A program made the position numbers and the translations under genes. The notes under the pieces were generated by a model. That model was not told where the DNA came from. It did not search any database and saw only the letters and a program-made list of their open reading frames with translations. Below are positions 28,618 through 42,200 of a stretch of 43,457 bases of DNA, one piece after another. How positions within the stretch are numbered: position 1 is the stretch's first letter; every line of letters begins with the position of its first letter. The DNA is taken from the NCBI GenBank assembly GCA_002269645.1, contig NIVC01002240.1:147087-190543 (forward strand), read 5' to 3'. Source of the DNA: Macrostomum lignano (lineage: Eukaryota).

Positions 28618-31600
28618 TCAGTTTTCCTTAGAAGCTACTGATGTGGTTTCGGCAACATGGACGCGCTGAACCTGGCCGTACTCGGACAGATCCACCGCGT
28701 TGCCGCTTTTCAGACCAGCGGCCTTGACGCCATCACCGTCGCCTTCCAGCCCGGCAACTTCCACGTCAGCCTGCTGCGCCTTGCCCTCAGTGTTGTAGTG
28801 AGTTTTTCTTCGAATACGCTCGCGAATCCGTTTGCCAGCGAGCAGAAAGTACAGCGGCACGGGGTCAACGAAGGCCACGATGAGCGGCACGATGGCTGCG
28901 AGACTGCCGTCTGGCTGCGGCATGGAGAACTGCAGCACCAGGATGGGGATGCCGACATTCTGGATGCCGGTCTCCAGGGCGATGGCCACGGCCTGCTTGC
29001 GGCCGAGCTGCAGCAGTAGGGTGACAACAAATCCGAACAGGAATCCAAGCCAGGGCACGAGCGCCGCGAACGGAATGATGATGGGGATTTGGACTGGAAA
29101 GTTCAACAAGATCGGGTCAGGTAGTCGCTTCTTAAAGAAAACTATTCGGCAGACTCGATTTTGCGAGTGATGATGAAACTCAGGGTGATGGTAAAAACGA
29201 AAAACCAAAGTAGAGAGCTTATTTGCTTGGCTTCTGATTCATCATGAAGTTTTTTTAAATTCTTAGTACGTACGTCCTGGGTCTTGTCTGCAACTATGGT
29301 ATGATAGCAGGCAACACGACACTGTTCGTCTTGGTCCGAGTGAGGTGCTTCTGGACATTTGAACTTTTACCAAGAAGATTTTAGTAGAAATTTAAACGTC
29401 ATTTCTTAGAAAATACTTTGGGGCTAGATGTGTGCAAAAAATACACTACTGATATAGGAACTCTTCGGAATTTTATAACGTTTTTTATGTAAGTCTCGCA
29501 AAAAAGTTTAACAAGAAGTCACAGGATCAATATCACAGACAAGTTATGCTAAATTATGAGAGTTTGATGTGCTTCACATAAAAAGTATCGCTATTTTTTT
29601 ACCGAGATTGGAAACTTCTCATCTCAGTAGTGTATTTTTCGGCCAACACAGCTTCCAAAAACTTTTCTAAGAAACGAATTTTCCGTCCTCCTACAATGTA
29701 TTAACACATCACTTGCCTCAGTCCCTTTCCAGCATGGCACTAATCAGGGCCATGCTGGAAATTGCTCTTGCATAGAATTTAAACGAAGTAAAAGTTCCAA
29801 ATTTCAAAACAAACTGTTATCAGTAATAACAGTGAAAACAGTGAAAATGTCGTGCCGCAATCTACATGCACTGCACTGGCAGCAACTGGTGTCTGAATTC
29901 GTGCACTCGCTGCTTGGATACGTCGGTTGTTCGTCGTGACAGAAACTATAAGGCTATGCAGATATGAGATCAGCCAACTTCGAACTTATACATGTACTAA
30001 AAAAATTATATGAGATCAAAGGGCGCTTGACTCAAAGCTTAAAGTCAGCTGACATTTCGGAGCACAGTAGATAAATTATTCATATACGCTCGTACAACAC
30101 CCCATGGACTATACAGCTAGCATTCATGAAGGTGTGCACAGCTTACCAATCAGCTCGAACAGGAACAGGTTGACGTAAGAACCGAAGCCGACTACAAACA
30201 GAACGAACAAAAGGGCGAACGGCTTGACAATGCGGGTAATACGGAGGGCAACTTTGGGCCATTTGAGCTTGATGATAACTCCAATAGCCACCGGGATGAC
30301 CAGCTGCAGCAGGTTCAGCGCCACCTGGTCGTACGGGACCAGAGCCTCGTTGTCGATGTAAAATCTGCTGTACGCAAACAGCCAGAGAGGCATCATGACT
30401 GCAATTTTCGTGAGAGGTTAATTGAGCCAAAGAGCCAAGTTGCGCTGGAAGCTACCGATAAATTAACCATCAATAATTTTAAATCGATGAATTCTCCTAG
30501 AACGCTAGTGTTACGTCTCGATACAACCGTAACTTCTTGTAGTCCTTCCTTGCTAAAACTGCTTCGGTAAAATTTGATTTCGTTTGAACCCTAGGCTTCT
30601 TGCGTTCGAATAAAAGTGTTGTTTAGCATCCTGGGTTCTCATATAAGGCATGTTTTACTTTCGTTTTAGTTTGCCTAAGTGACTACTTGGCTTAGACAGA
30701 TTAAGTAACACCTCAGCTAAGAAGGTTATTCAGACATGAGACCCTCAAAATATGTTTGCATTAGTGTAAAAAACAGGATACCATTTTGGGAATCACTGAT
30801 TCAAAACCAGAAAATAGTTCATCACAAAGACCTGCAGCTCAACTTGAAGATCCACGGTGACAAGGTGATTGAGTTACTCACACATTGCTGAAATCTGACT
30901 GACGAATGTCATGGTCATGCTGAGGTCGAGATCGCCGTCAAACAGTAGGGTCCACATGTTGCTGTTTCCGCCTCCAGGAGAGCAGGACAGTGTTAGAATA
31001 CCGAAGGCGAACGCTTCGGCATTGTCCAGATCGTTGACTGCCAGCAGAAGCAGCTGACCGACTGCGAGACCGAGCTGTCAATTTTTCAAGAGCAAGACAC
31101 TCAACTCGCATTGCTTCAGTTCATCCAGCTGGTATCCAAATGGTACCGGCATTAGCTGGGGTAATTGAGGGTGTGTGTGGCGACCCCCAGTCCTTGGACT
31201 GAACAGCCTTTAGTTGTCTAATGGAAGTTCCCCGACGAGAAATGTTACGCACGGAACATCAGTTGATAGTTCGAGACGATGAAGCTTTCGGTGATGGTTT
31301 GAGCCAGTTTGTTTCAGCTAGCAGAGTCATATTGTGTGGCTAGTACACTGGTCCAAAAAAGTTCGTATGTGCAAAATTTTCGTGTTCATTAATTTTTTTC
31401 TACTGGCTTTCCATTTGCGCAAGTACTTAGAAACGTGGGATGCCTACGTCTTGTAGCCTAAATTTTTCACATGCCAGGAGTTTAGAACTTTCAAATGACA
31501 GTATAAGCTCACATGGGGCATGAGAATGAACTGTGTGAACCAGCCCACAGCGAGACCCACTGGCCGCTTGAGCAGCTTGAGCACTATGCGCAAGTCGATA

Positions 31601-32094
31601 GCGGAACCCATTCCAATCACTAGCAGTACGACCAAAGTGATGAGAATGCCGCGGTAAATGTTCTGAATTGTCGAGGAGTCCCGCAAGACCGTCACTTGCT
31701 GTCTGTCGCTGATCAGGTAGTCCAGCTCGGAGTTCTTTGTCGCATTCGTATCAAAGGAGATCAACAGGTCGCTCCAGCCGAGCCTCACGCCCTGGATGGT
31801 GAGCTGAAATCGGTGCTCTTCCCTGAGGCTAGAGTTCCCCGACCACGGATAGGATGTCTCGTTGGACATCGGCAGCCGAGCAACTCTCGTATCCTTCATA
31901 GAGAAGCGAAGAACTCCCTCGGGTACTGCCGGGTCAGATGCGTTCACCATCACGGTCACGTTCACAGAAAATTGACCTTCGGTCTTGACGATGATCGGGT
32001 GGGGCTGGAAGGTGACGTTCAGCTTGGCGTGGCCCAGGCAGGCCAGCCAGGCCAGGATCAGCAGCAGCTGCCACTGAAGTCCTCGATCCCGCAT
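28618..32094 (-). CDS. SLC10 sodium/bile-acid symporter family, copy B, intact
   Basis: Exons 32094-31513, 31074-30882, 30398-30147, 29093-28618 splice in frame. Motifs IGMGSAID, KRPVGLAVGWFTQFILMP, SPGGGNSNMWT, LETGIQNVG. Confidence 0.93.
31089..31207 (+). mobile_element. SINE-like repeat, copy 2 (partial), in intron 1 of SLC10 copy B
   Basis: Shares blocks with 13067-13290. Confidence 0.5.
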
Positions 32095-33317
32095 ATCTTA
32101 ATGCAACATGTGCCGGTTGTTTCCCGCGCGAATGTGCCTAAAAAAAGCTTTACGCTTACGAAATTTTTTTCAGAGCAAAACTCTGCTCAGTTTTTAAGGC
32201 CTCTATGATTGCGCCGGGAAATGATAAGAAGATCGAGAAAGTTTCGCGTCGCCCAAGTCGAATTTTCAGTTGCAACAATTTATGCCGTGAAGTCTACGTT
32301 AATGCACATTGACAATCTCCGCTATGACATTCCAGTCTTTTTACTCTCTTTTCAAATTTGCAGCTACCTACTTTGACCACGGGTGACTTCAAATTCATAC
32401 TTGCACTGTGCATATCGCATATCTTTTCAGTACAATAATTCGAGCAAGGCCAAAGTTGATCTTTTGCGTTTGATCTTTTGGGTTTAAATGGCTCTACGAG
32501 TATGAGGCATCTGAGGTAAGGTAATGTGAAAGGATGCCAACTTGAGCACAGGAACACTCCAGTAGACCAAAACGGTTTCTCCCAGTAGATTGAGGCGATG
32601 AAATGCCTTCATGATGCCTTCATGATGATGATTTCATGCTAGCTTAAGACTCTAGAACGGAACCGCCAGTACTCATAATACGAGCGTATTACTATCCTTC
32701 ACCCCCTAGGAGCCCAAGTGAGGGAATGTCGATGGGATGACTCCGTTCCGGTGCTTAGTTGGTGTCCAGCTTCTGAAGTCCTTAAATTGGGATGTCATTA
32801 TTGAACTATTTATGGTGTGTAGTGATCTGTATAGTGTTCAATGATTACTTGGAATCAGGTGCGTCGCACAGATCCAGCATGTTTCAGAATTCAGCCAAAC
32901 CAAAATGAACCAAGTCTGCAAAGGTCAGGGTTGCTTCTATAGCGGCTGGGTTGCCTAATCGGCAGGCAAATCGATGAAGCATTGAAAGTTCGACGAGATA
33001 CAAGGCAGCACAATAAAATTGGTTCGTGTCACACGCAGCCTTCCAGCTACTGGTAACATTGAAACAGCTGTTGCCCCAGAAAATCTTAAACAAGCACAGC
33101 CTCCACCTGCCATTGCTGAATAATCTTGATTCAGGAGCTTATTCTAGCCAGCCATAAACTGAGGACAGCAAGCATTGAAAACTGGCGCAGGATTTCCTTC
33201 GCAATCTTTCTGTGAATGTCAGCGGCTCTACAAATTCCGATACGGTGTGTCATTCTGCTTAGAAGTACAAGAGATACAGTATGAGTAATAGAGATTGTGA
33301 TTTATACCTCAGCACAA

Positions 33318-34394
33318 CCCTCCTGCAGTGATGGACACACTACCCTACTGCAGTTCTGGACACACTGCCCTACTGCAGTTCTGGACACACTACCTTACTG
33401 CAGTTCTGGACACACTGCCCTACTGCAGTTCTGGACACACTACCCTACTGCAGTTCTGGACACACTACCCTACTGCAGTTCTGGACACACTACCCTACTG
33501 CAGTTCTGGACACACTACCCTACTGCAGTTCTGGACACACTGCCCTACTGCAGTTCTGGACACACTACCTTACTGCAGTTCTGGACACACTACCCTACTG
33601 CAGTTCTGGACACACTACCCTACTGCAGTTCTGGACACACTACCCTACTGCAGTTCTGGACACACTACCCTACGGCAGTTCTGGACACACTACCCTACTG
33701 CAGTTCTGGACACACTACCCTACTGCAGTTCTGGACACACTACCCTACTGCAGTTCTGGACACACTACCCTACTGCAGTTCTGGACACACTACCCTACTG
33801 CAGTTCTGGACACACTACCCTACTGCAGTTCTGGACACACTGCCCTACTGCAGTTCTGGACACACTACCTTACTGCAGTTCTGGACACACTACCCTACTG
33901 CAGTTCTGGACACACTACCCTACTGCAGTTCTGGACACACTGCCCTACTGCAGTTCTGGACACACTACCTTACTGCAGTTCTGGACACACTACCCTACTG
34001 CAGTTCTGGACACACTACCCTACTGCAGTTCTGGACACACTACCCTACTGCAGTTCTGGACACACTACCCTACTGCAGTTCTGGACACACTACCCTACTG
34101 CAGTTCTGGACACACTACCCTACTGCAGTTCTGAAGACACTACCTTACTGCAGTTCTGGACACACTACCCTACTGCAGTTCTGGACACACTACCCTACTG
34201 CAGTTCTGGACACACTACCCTACGGCAGTTCTGGACACACTACCCTACTGCAGTTCTGGACACACTACCCTACTGCAGTTCTGGACACACTACCCTACTG
34301 CAGTTCTGGACACACTACCTTACTGCAGTTCTGGACACACTACCCTACTGTAGTTCTGAACACACTACCCTACTGCAGTTCTGGACACACTACC
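33318..34394. repeat. Minisatellite, 25-bp unit CTGGACACACTACCCTACTGCAGTT, about 43 copies
   Basis: Visible tandem array; it translates into 25-aa periodic pseudo-ORFs. Confidence 0.97.
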
Positions 34395-34719
34395 TGATAA
34401 TTAAACAAATCAGTATTTTATATAGAGTTTTTTTATAAAAATAAAAATGCATATTGAACTGTTCAGACCATGGCTGTTACACTTACTAACATACAGTAAG
34501 ACCTAGATTTAGTAAGTACGCATATGGAGAAGGAGGGCGCAAATTCGGGGGGGGGGGCGCAAAGCCGACCCGAAATTTGGATAGCAAAATGTAGCCATTG
34601 CTTTCAACTGACGCATAAGAGCCTGCTTTCAGGGCCTAAGACCTACCCGAGAGATTGAAAAATAAGCGGGCAAATTAAAAACTTTCGTTGGATAATTTGC
34701 ATTCAGTGGAGTATGTGAG

Positions 34720-36045
34720 CACGAAAGTAGGGAAGGGAGGAAGTAGATAAGTAGGGAAGTGGGGAAGTGGGGAAGAAGGGGAGTGGGGAAGTAGGGGAGT
34801 GGGGAAGTAGGGGAGTGGGGAAGTAGTGGAGTGGGGAAGTAAGGAAGTGGGGAAGTAGGGGAGTGGGGAAGTAGGGGGTGGGGAAGTAAGGAAGTGGGGA
34901 AGTGGGGAAGTGGGGAAGTGGGGAAGTGGGGAAGTAGGGGAGTGGGTAAGTAGGGGAGTGGGGAAGTAAGGAAGTGGGGAAGTAGGGAAGTGGGGAAGTA
35001 GGGAAGTAGGGAAGTGGGGAAGTAGGGAAGTGGGGAAGTGGGGAAGTGGGGAAGTGGGGAAGTGGGGAAGTGGGGAAGTAAGGAAGTGGGGAAGTAGGGG
35101 AGTGGGGAAGTAGGGGAGTGGGGAAGTAAGGAAGTGGGGAAGTAGGGAAGTGGGGAAGTAGGGAAGTAGGGAAGTGGGGAAGTAGGGAAGTGGGGAAGTG
35201 GGGAAGTGGGGAAGTGGGGAAGTAGGGAAGTGGGGAAGTAGGGAAGTGGGGAAGTAGGGAAGTGGGGAAGTAAGTAAGTGGGGAAGTAGGGGAGTGGGGA
35301 AGTAAGGAAGTGGGGAAGTAGGGAAGTGGGGAAGTAGGGAAGTAGGGAAGTGGGGAAGTAGGGAAGTGGGGAAGTGGGGAAGTGGGGAAGTGGGGAAGTA
35401 GGGAAGTGGGGAAGTAGGGAAGTGGGGAAGTAGGGAAGTGGGGAAGTAAGTAAGTGGGGAAGTAGGGAAGTGGGGAAGTAGGGAAGTGGGGAAGTAGGGG
35501 AGTGGGGAAGTAGGGAGTGGGGAAGTAAGGAAGTGGGGAAGTAGGGGAGTGGGGAAGTAGGGGAGTGGGGAAGTAAGGAAGTGGGGAAGTAGGGAAGTAG
35601 GGAAGTGGGGAAGTAAGGAAGTGGGGAAGTAGGGAAGTGGGGAAGTAGGGAAGTGGGGAAGTAGGGAAGTGGGGAAGTAAGGAAGTGGGGAAGTAGGGAA
35701 GTGGGGAAGTAGGGAAGTGGGGAAGTGGGGAAGTAGGGAAGTGGGGAAGTAGGAAAATAGGGAAGTGGGGAAGTAGGGAAGTGGGGAAGTAGGGAAGTAG
35801 GGAAGTGAGGAAGTGGGGAAGTAGGGAAGTGGGGAAGTAGGAAAATAGGGAAGTGGGGAAGTGGGGAAGTAGGGAAGTGGGGAAGTAAGGAAGTGGGGAA
35901 GTAAGGAAGTGGGGGAAGTAGGGAAGTGGGGAAGTAGGGAAGTGGGGAAGTAAGGAAGTGGGGAAGTATGGAAGTGGGGAAGTAGGGAAGTGGGGAAGTA
36001 GGGAAGTAGGGAAGTGGGGAAGTAGGGAAGTAGGGAAGTGAGGAA
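34720..36045 (+). repeat. G/purine-rich tandem array of 8-9-bp units (GGGGAAGT, GGGAAGTA, GGAAGTAA variants)
   Basis: About 1.3 kb, nearly all purines plus one T per unit, with regularly spaced G3-G4 runs. Confidence 0.97.
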
Positions 36046-36734
36046 ATTGCAGCGCGGAATTCCTGATTATTCCCAACTAGCTTGCTATGCCGCGAACTGG
36101 CCGCTGCTGCCGCTACTTCTAGATGGCGAAACGAACCACCGGGAGGGCGAAACGGAGAGGGGGGAGAAGACATTTCTGGTGCGCAAAGTGCTAGCGATGG
36201 ACCGCTGGCTTAAGGACTTTATTCTTGATTCCCCGTCGGGCATAAAAATCACTCCATGGATATTGCAAGCCGCCTGGGTTTGGGAACAGGGGACAGAGAG
36301 AGAGAGAGAAAGGGATGGCTGTGCGAATTCGCGCACAGGCAGCGCAGCGTGGCGTACTATGCCTCCGTACTTCAGCCGCCAGTTTTGCGGCGTAACTCGG
36401 GCCAAGAATGGCGCCAGCGACAGGGAGGCCGATCCCTCTGAACTCTCCGTTTTCGTTTAGCTTTCACCTGCGATGGCTGCACGGGAGGCAATCGACGAAG
36501 GCAGGCACAGGCGGATGGAAAGAGAGGCTCCGGCCGAGCGGAGGCTGCACGGGTTGGCTGTTCGAATTTGCTAGCAAAGCTGTTGCAAAACAGCTGCTGC
36601 AGCCCAATATCTAGCCATGGCCCAGCAGGGCAACCCCGTCCTGCCTGCCACTCCGCAGCCTCTCCTGCTTCGACTGGCGCACGCAGTAAGCAGCTCGGCC
36701 AAGCCACTTTGCTGTTCGCCTCGCCCCGCGACGC

Positions 36735-37182
36735 ATGGAGGCCCGGCACCGCCAGCAGGACAGCAACGTGGCCTCCTGCTGCGGGACCGTCACCTCTGTG
36801 CTCGCCCGCCAGCTCGGCGGCCCCGTGCGCACTGTAGAAAAGACCACCGCCCTCAGGGAGCATCAGCTTGACGCCGTGAACGACCGCGGCGACACCTCAC
36901 GTTCCTCCTCGTTGGGCAGCCCCGTGACGGACGACCTGGACAGCTCCGACATGGCCAGCTGCCGGGGCGCAATGGCGGCCAACACGACGGTGCACTGCAG
37001 CGAGCTGACCGTCAGCAAATTCCGCCCGGAGGACGCCGGCTGGGCCGCCCGAACCGACGTCAGTTTCCGGCACCGGGCTGACCGCCTGTTCTACGTGGAC
37101 TCGGCGGCCCGGCTGCACGGGCCGACTGACTGGCGCGACCGAGTCCGCGTGGCTGGCATTCGGCGCCAGGAAGCCAGGCGGA

Positions 37183-37219
<37 letters not shown>

Positions 37220-37904
37220 ACAGAAGCAGATACAGCAACATCAGCGTCAGGCGCGAATTGTTTTGCAGCACCGGAAGCAGGACAGCGGCGGGCTGGACAC
37301 GCGGCTCAGCGACCTGGAGCGGTGCCTGGACCAGGCCATGGCCAGCATTCGACGGGGCCGACTGTTCACCTCCGACGGTCGCAGCTGCGCGGCCGGCTTC
37401 GGCGGTGGCAGCAGCGACTCACTGGCCGCGGCCGAAGATCCGCGACATCGCCGGCGCGGCAACTCGGAGCCGCCGTTTGAGTTCGCCTGCACGCAGCGGA
37501 CGGCAACCTTCAAGCCCTCGGAGGTGTACGAGGAGGTGGAGATCACCACAATGCGGCCCATCGGCCGGGGCATCCAGGACCTGGGCAGCGCCAGCCGCTT
37601 CGTGTTCACGTCGAGTCCTCATCTGGCCGCGACGTGCCGGCGGACGGCTACCATTGCGGCCTCCACGTCGACGCCCGGCGCAGTCAGACGGCGCCTCCTG
37701 CTGCCAACTTCGCCGTCATCTCTCCGGGCCGAGCAGAGCTACCAGCACCAGCACCAGCAGCAGCGGCGGCGGCACCAGTCGGCTGCGAACGTCATGGAGC
37801 TCAACAGCCAGCGGTACCAGCGGCAGCAGCAGCTCAGGCAGGCGCCGCCGTCATTCTGGGGCGGAGGGGGCAACGGCGCGGGCGGCGGGTACTGGCGTCG
37901 GTAG
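36735..37904 (+). CDS. Hypothetical 389-aa low-complexity polyQ protein (single ORF or terminal exon)
   Basis: Long GC-rich ORF with G/C-ending codons like the host exons here, CAG runs in frame as Gln, and AT-rich sequence after the stop. No recognisable domain. Confidence 0.55.
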
Positions 37905-39236
37905 AGAGATTTCTTCTTCAAGGTTAGTAAATCGATTCGAACCACGGACGACTAGCATGCGCGTTACTTGTTAATTTAAGTAAACTTGTAAATTATTTTA
38001 TTATTTATGTATTTATTTAGCCATGTTTAACAATACCAGCTCATCAGGAGCTCTACCTAGACCTCGGCTTTGTTTAAAATCGATAACTCACTCAATTAAA
38101 ACGACTTTTTCCTCAGCTTTAGATATGAAAGTTGCCAGCCGTCTAGGAGGAGATACGCGTTAAACCCGGCCGGTCGATCGACCCACTCAGCTTTAGATAT
38201 AAGAGATTACTGCTCATAGCTCGTACTCCATAGATTACTTCGTAAATTTGCCTTTTATACCTTTTACAAAAGCTTTATAATGCAAAAACTTCCCCAATGA
38301 GTTGGATTCGCTCAACCAGCGTTTGAGCTAAAAGTACACTCGGGATATTATTCACTTAGTCTGTTGCCAAGACTTGGAAAAATGCTTTTGTCCTGCTTGC
38401 TTACTGCTTTATCTCATTCGGAAATTTCTAACTGGCTCCTCTGATTCCCGTGGGCATGGCGTATTGCGCGCAAAATGAAATGCGAAAATGTTTTATCACT
38501 TTTCGGCGATTTCCGGATCCGTATACGTCCGCAGCGACGGCTGGTGCGCAGTTGGAGGAGGCAATTGCCGAAATTTCCGGATTTCCTTGGGAAATCTTCG
38601 ATCGAAGCATCTCCATCTAACTCGCTGATAAAATACAAAACTTTTTTTCGAAGAATCGGGAAGACATTTAAAACAAAAAAATACGATTATATTGCCGATT
38701 CAATATTGACGATTCAAACGTACGCGTGTGAATAATTTAGGTAATTTATTACTGTAATGCTTTTAAGCAGCCTTGAATACGAGCTGGTAGTGTTGGCAGA
38801 GCAGCAGGAGGGGACGCTACTCTCGCAATTAGTGAAAATTTCATCAGTCGTGGAAAAGATTTTGTCGAGATGCGACATTTCAGTTTTGCAGCACTAAATC
38901 GAGGATAGCTCGTGTCTCGAGCCTTCTGGAGTTCAGAATATCAACTCGAAAGTTGCAAAGCATCCGGTTGGTCTGAGGTTCACTGTATATCTCTATAAAG
39001 CCTTTCCGGCCTTCCAAGAGGATCACAAAAATTGCGAGTTTAGCGTCCTTCCTTCGTACTTTAGCTGTCCATGAATTGTCCAGGTAAAATAATGCGCGAA
39101 AAAAACGCACGAATGACACAGGTGAAAACTGTCATTTAACACCAGTACAGAAATGTAATGCGAAAGCTTATCATCGCATTAATATTGACAGAAAAATATG
39201 CCCAGTTGCAGATGTTGCCAGCCAAGCTGCGTCTCT

Positions 39237-42200
39237 CTAACTGTTTTTGCCCTCGGCCACCAGACGGTGCCAGCGACAGATCTGCTCGCCGCGGGCCTCC
39301 GTCATGTCCTGCCAGTGGCTTTTCTCTTCTTCTCCCAGACCGCCGCGGCCTGACAATTCGGTTGATTTGGTTAACTGAGCAAGCGCTGACTGGATGCCAT
39401 CGCTTTCCTGGCAAAGTGTATGGCTTACCAAGCGCAAAGCATCCGATGAGGTGACGCCGTTTCATCGCCTTCTTGGCCCAGACGCCCACCTTCAGGGTGA
39501 TTCCGGCTAATTGGGACTTGTTGATGGGATAGACGAAGTTCTCCTTCCACATCGGGTTCGGGTTGCAGGTGAAAGTCGGCGTGCGCGACTTGAATAGGGA
39601 TCGGCCCTCTGCCGACTGGACTGTCAGCTTGACGAATGTGTCTGCAGAGGGGATTCAGACTGTCGGGTAGATTTGTGACTCTTTTATTATAAGAGGCAAT
39701 AGTGAGAGTGTTGTTAAAGAAATGAGAGTGTAGAAAGTTAGAAACATAAATTAGGGTGTTGTACCAGAAATGAGGGTGTTGTACCAGAAATGAGGGTGTT
39801 GTACCAGAAATGAGGGTGTTGTACCAGAAATTGTACCAGAAATGAGAGTTTTGTACCAGAAATGAGGGTGTTGTACCAGAAATGAGGGTGTTGTACCAGA
39901 AATGAGGGTGTTGTACCAGAAATGAGGGTGTTGTACCAGAAATGAGGGTGTTGTACCAGAAATGAGGGTGTTGTACCAGAAATGAGGGTGTTGTACCAGA
40001 AATTGTACCAGAAATGAGAGTTTTGTACCAGAAATGAGGGTGTTGTACCAGAAATGAGGGTGTTGTACCAGAAATAAGAGTTTTGTACCAGAAATGAGGG
40101 TGTTGTACCAGAAATGAGGGTGTTGTACCAGAAATGAGGGTGTTGTTCCAGAAATGAGGGTGTTGTACCAGAAATGAGGGTTTTGTACCAGAAATGAGGT
40201 ATTGTACCAGAAATGAGGGTGTTGTACCAGAAATGAGGGTGTTGTACCAGAGATGAGGGTGTTGTACCAGAAATGAGAGTTTTGTACCAGAAATGAGGGT
40301 GTTGTACCAGAAATGAGGGTGTTGTACCAGAAATGAGGGTGTTGTTCCAGAAATGAGGGTGTTGTACCAGAAATGAGGGTATTGTACCAGAAATGAGGGT
40401 ATTGTACCAGAAATGAGGGTGTTGTACCAGAAATGAGGGTGTTGTACCAGAAATTGTACCAGAAATGAGGGTGTTGTACCAGAAATGAGGGTGTTGTACC
40501 AGAGATGAGGGTTTTGTACCAGAAATGAGGGTGTTGTACCAGAAATGAGGGTGTTGTACCAGAAGTGAGAGTGCTGTACCAGAAATGAGGGTGTTGTACC
40601 AGAAATGAGGGTGTTGTACCAGAAATGAGGGTGTTGTACCAGAAATAAGAGTTTTGTACCAGAAATGAGGGTGTTGTACCAGAAATGAGGGTGTTGTACC
40701 AGAAATGAGGGTGTTGTTCCAGAAATGAGGGTGTTGTACCAGAAATGAGGGTTTTGTACCAGAAATGAGGGTATTGTACCAGAAATGAGGGTGTTGTACC
40801 AGAAATGAGGGTGTTGTACCAGAGATGAGGGTGTTGTACCAGAAATGAGAGTTTTGTACCAGAAATGAGGGTGTTGTACCAGAAATGAGGGTGTTGTACC
40901 AGAAATGAGGGTGTTGTTCCAGAAATGAGGGTGTTGTACCAGAAATGAGGGTATTGTACCAGAAATGAGGGTATTGTACCAGAAATGAGGGTGTTGTACC
41001 AGAAATGAGGGTGTTGTACCAGAAATTGTACCAGAAATGAGGGTGTTGTACCAGAAATGAGGGTGTTGTACCAGAGATGAGGGTTTTGTACCAGAAATGA
41101 GGGTGTTGTACCAGAAATGAGGGTGTTGTACCAGAAATGAGGGTATTGTACCAGAAATGAGGGTGTTGTACCAGAAATGAGGGTGTTGTACCAGAAATGA
41201 GGGTATTGTACCAGAAATGAGGGTGTTGTACCAGAAATGAGGGTGTTGTACCAGAAATTGTACCAGAAATGAGGGTGTTGTACCAGAAATGAGGGTGTTG
41301 TACCAGAAATTGTACCAGAAATGAGGGTGTTGTACCAGAAATTGTACCAGAAATGAGGGTGTTGTACCAGAAATGAGGGTGTTGTACCAGAAATGAGGGT
41401 GTTGTACCAGAAATGAGGGTGTTGTACCAGAAATGAGGGTGTTGTACCAGAAATGAGGGTGTTGTACCAGAAATGAGGGTGTTGTACCAGAAATGAGGGT
41501 GTTGTACCAGAAATGAGGGTGTTGTACCAGAAATGAGGGTGTTGTACCAGAAATGAGGGTGTTGTACCAGAAATGAGGGTGTTGTACCAGAAATTGTACC
41601 AGAAATGAGGGTGTTGTACCAGAAATGAGGGTGTTGTACCAGAGATGAGGGTTTTGTACAGAAATGAGGATTTTGTAGCAGAAGGGGCCCGAGGTGCTGC
41701 TGCTCAAGCTGCAGGGACCGCGCAGGCGAGGCCAAGGGACAACGGCGAGATACCCTGACAGGCTTTTGACCGATGCTGGCGCCCCGGACCAAGCTGGGGG
41801 GTGTGGCTTTCTGAGGGCTATGGCCCAGAGACGCGCTCTCTGACTTCTCCCCCCTTTCTGGCCACTGCGCGGCTGGCGGGTGAAGTACTTTGTTGTTGTT
41901 GTTGTAGCAGAAATGATCAGGCTGTTATAGCATAAATGAGGCCGTTGTAGCAGAAATGAGGATGGTGTGGTAGTGGAGTCACCAAGTACTAGCAATTAGA
42001 GCAAGACAAGCAGCTCTTCAGGGAACAAAGAAAAGCTACTCAATCTCTGCATGCAATAATCGATGCAATTGTTAACGGAGACACTTATTGCCTGACGCAG
42101 CAGCACCCTAATTTACCAGAAGTCAAGATCGATCCTTCAAGAACCCTTATAATAACAGCGCTGTCAGTGATTGATCACTGCATTTGCGCTATCCTATCGA

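Noticed and set aside
33297-34397. 366-aa and 268-aa ORFs
   Set aside because: Translations of the 25-bp minisatellite, open in several frames with no unique sequence.
34720-36045. Interstitial telomere
   Set aside because: The unit is GGGAAGT-based rather than TTAGGG or TTAGG.
34629-36173. 514-aa and 457-aa PYFPTS-repeat ORFs
   Set aside because: Reverse complement of the G-rich array, which simply lacks stops.
39425-41995. 856-aa and 684-aa ORFs
   Set aside because: Translations of the intronic 20-bp minisatellite.
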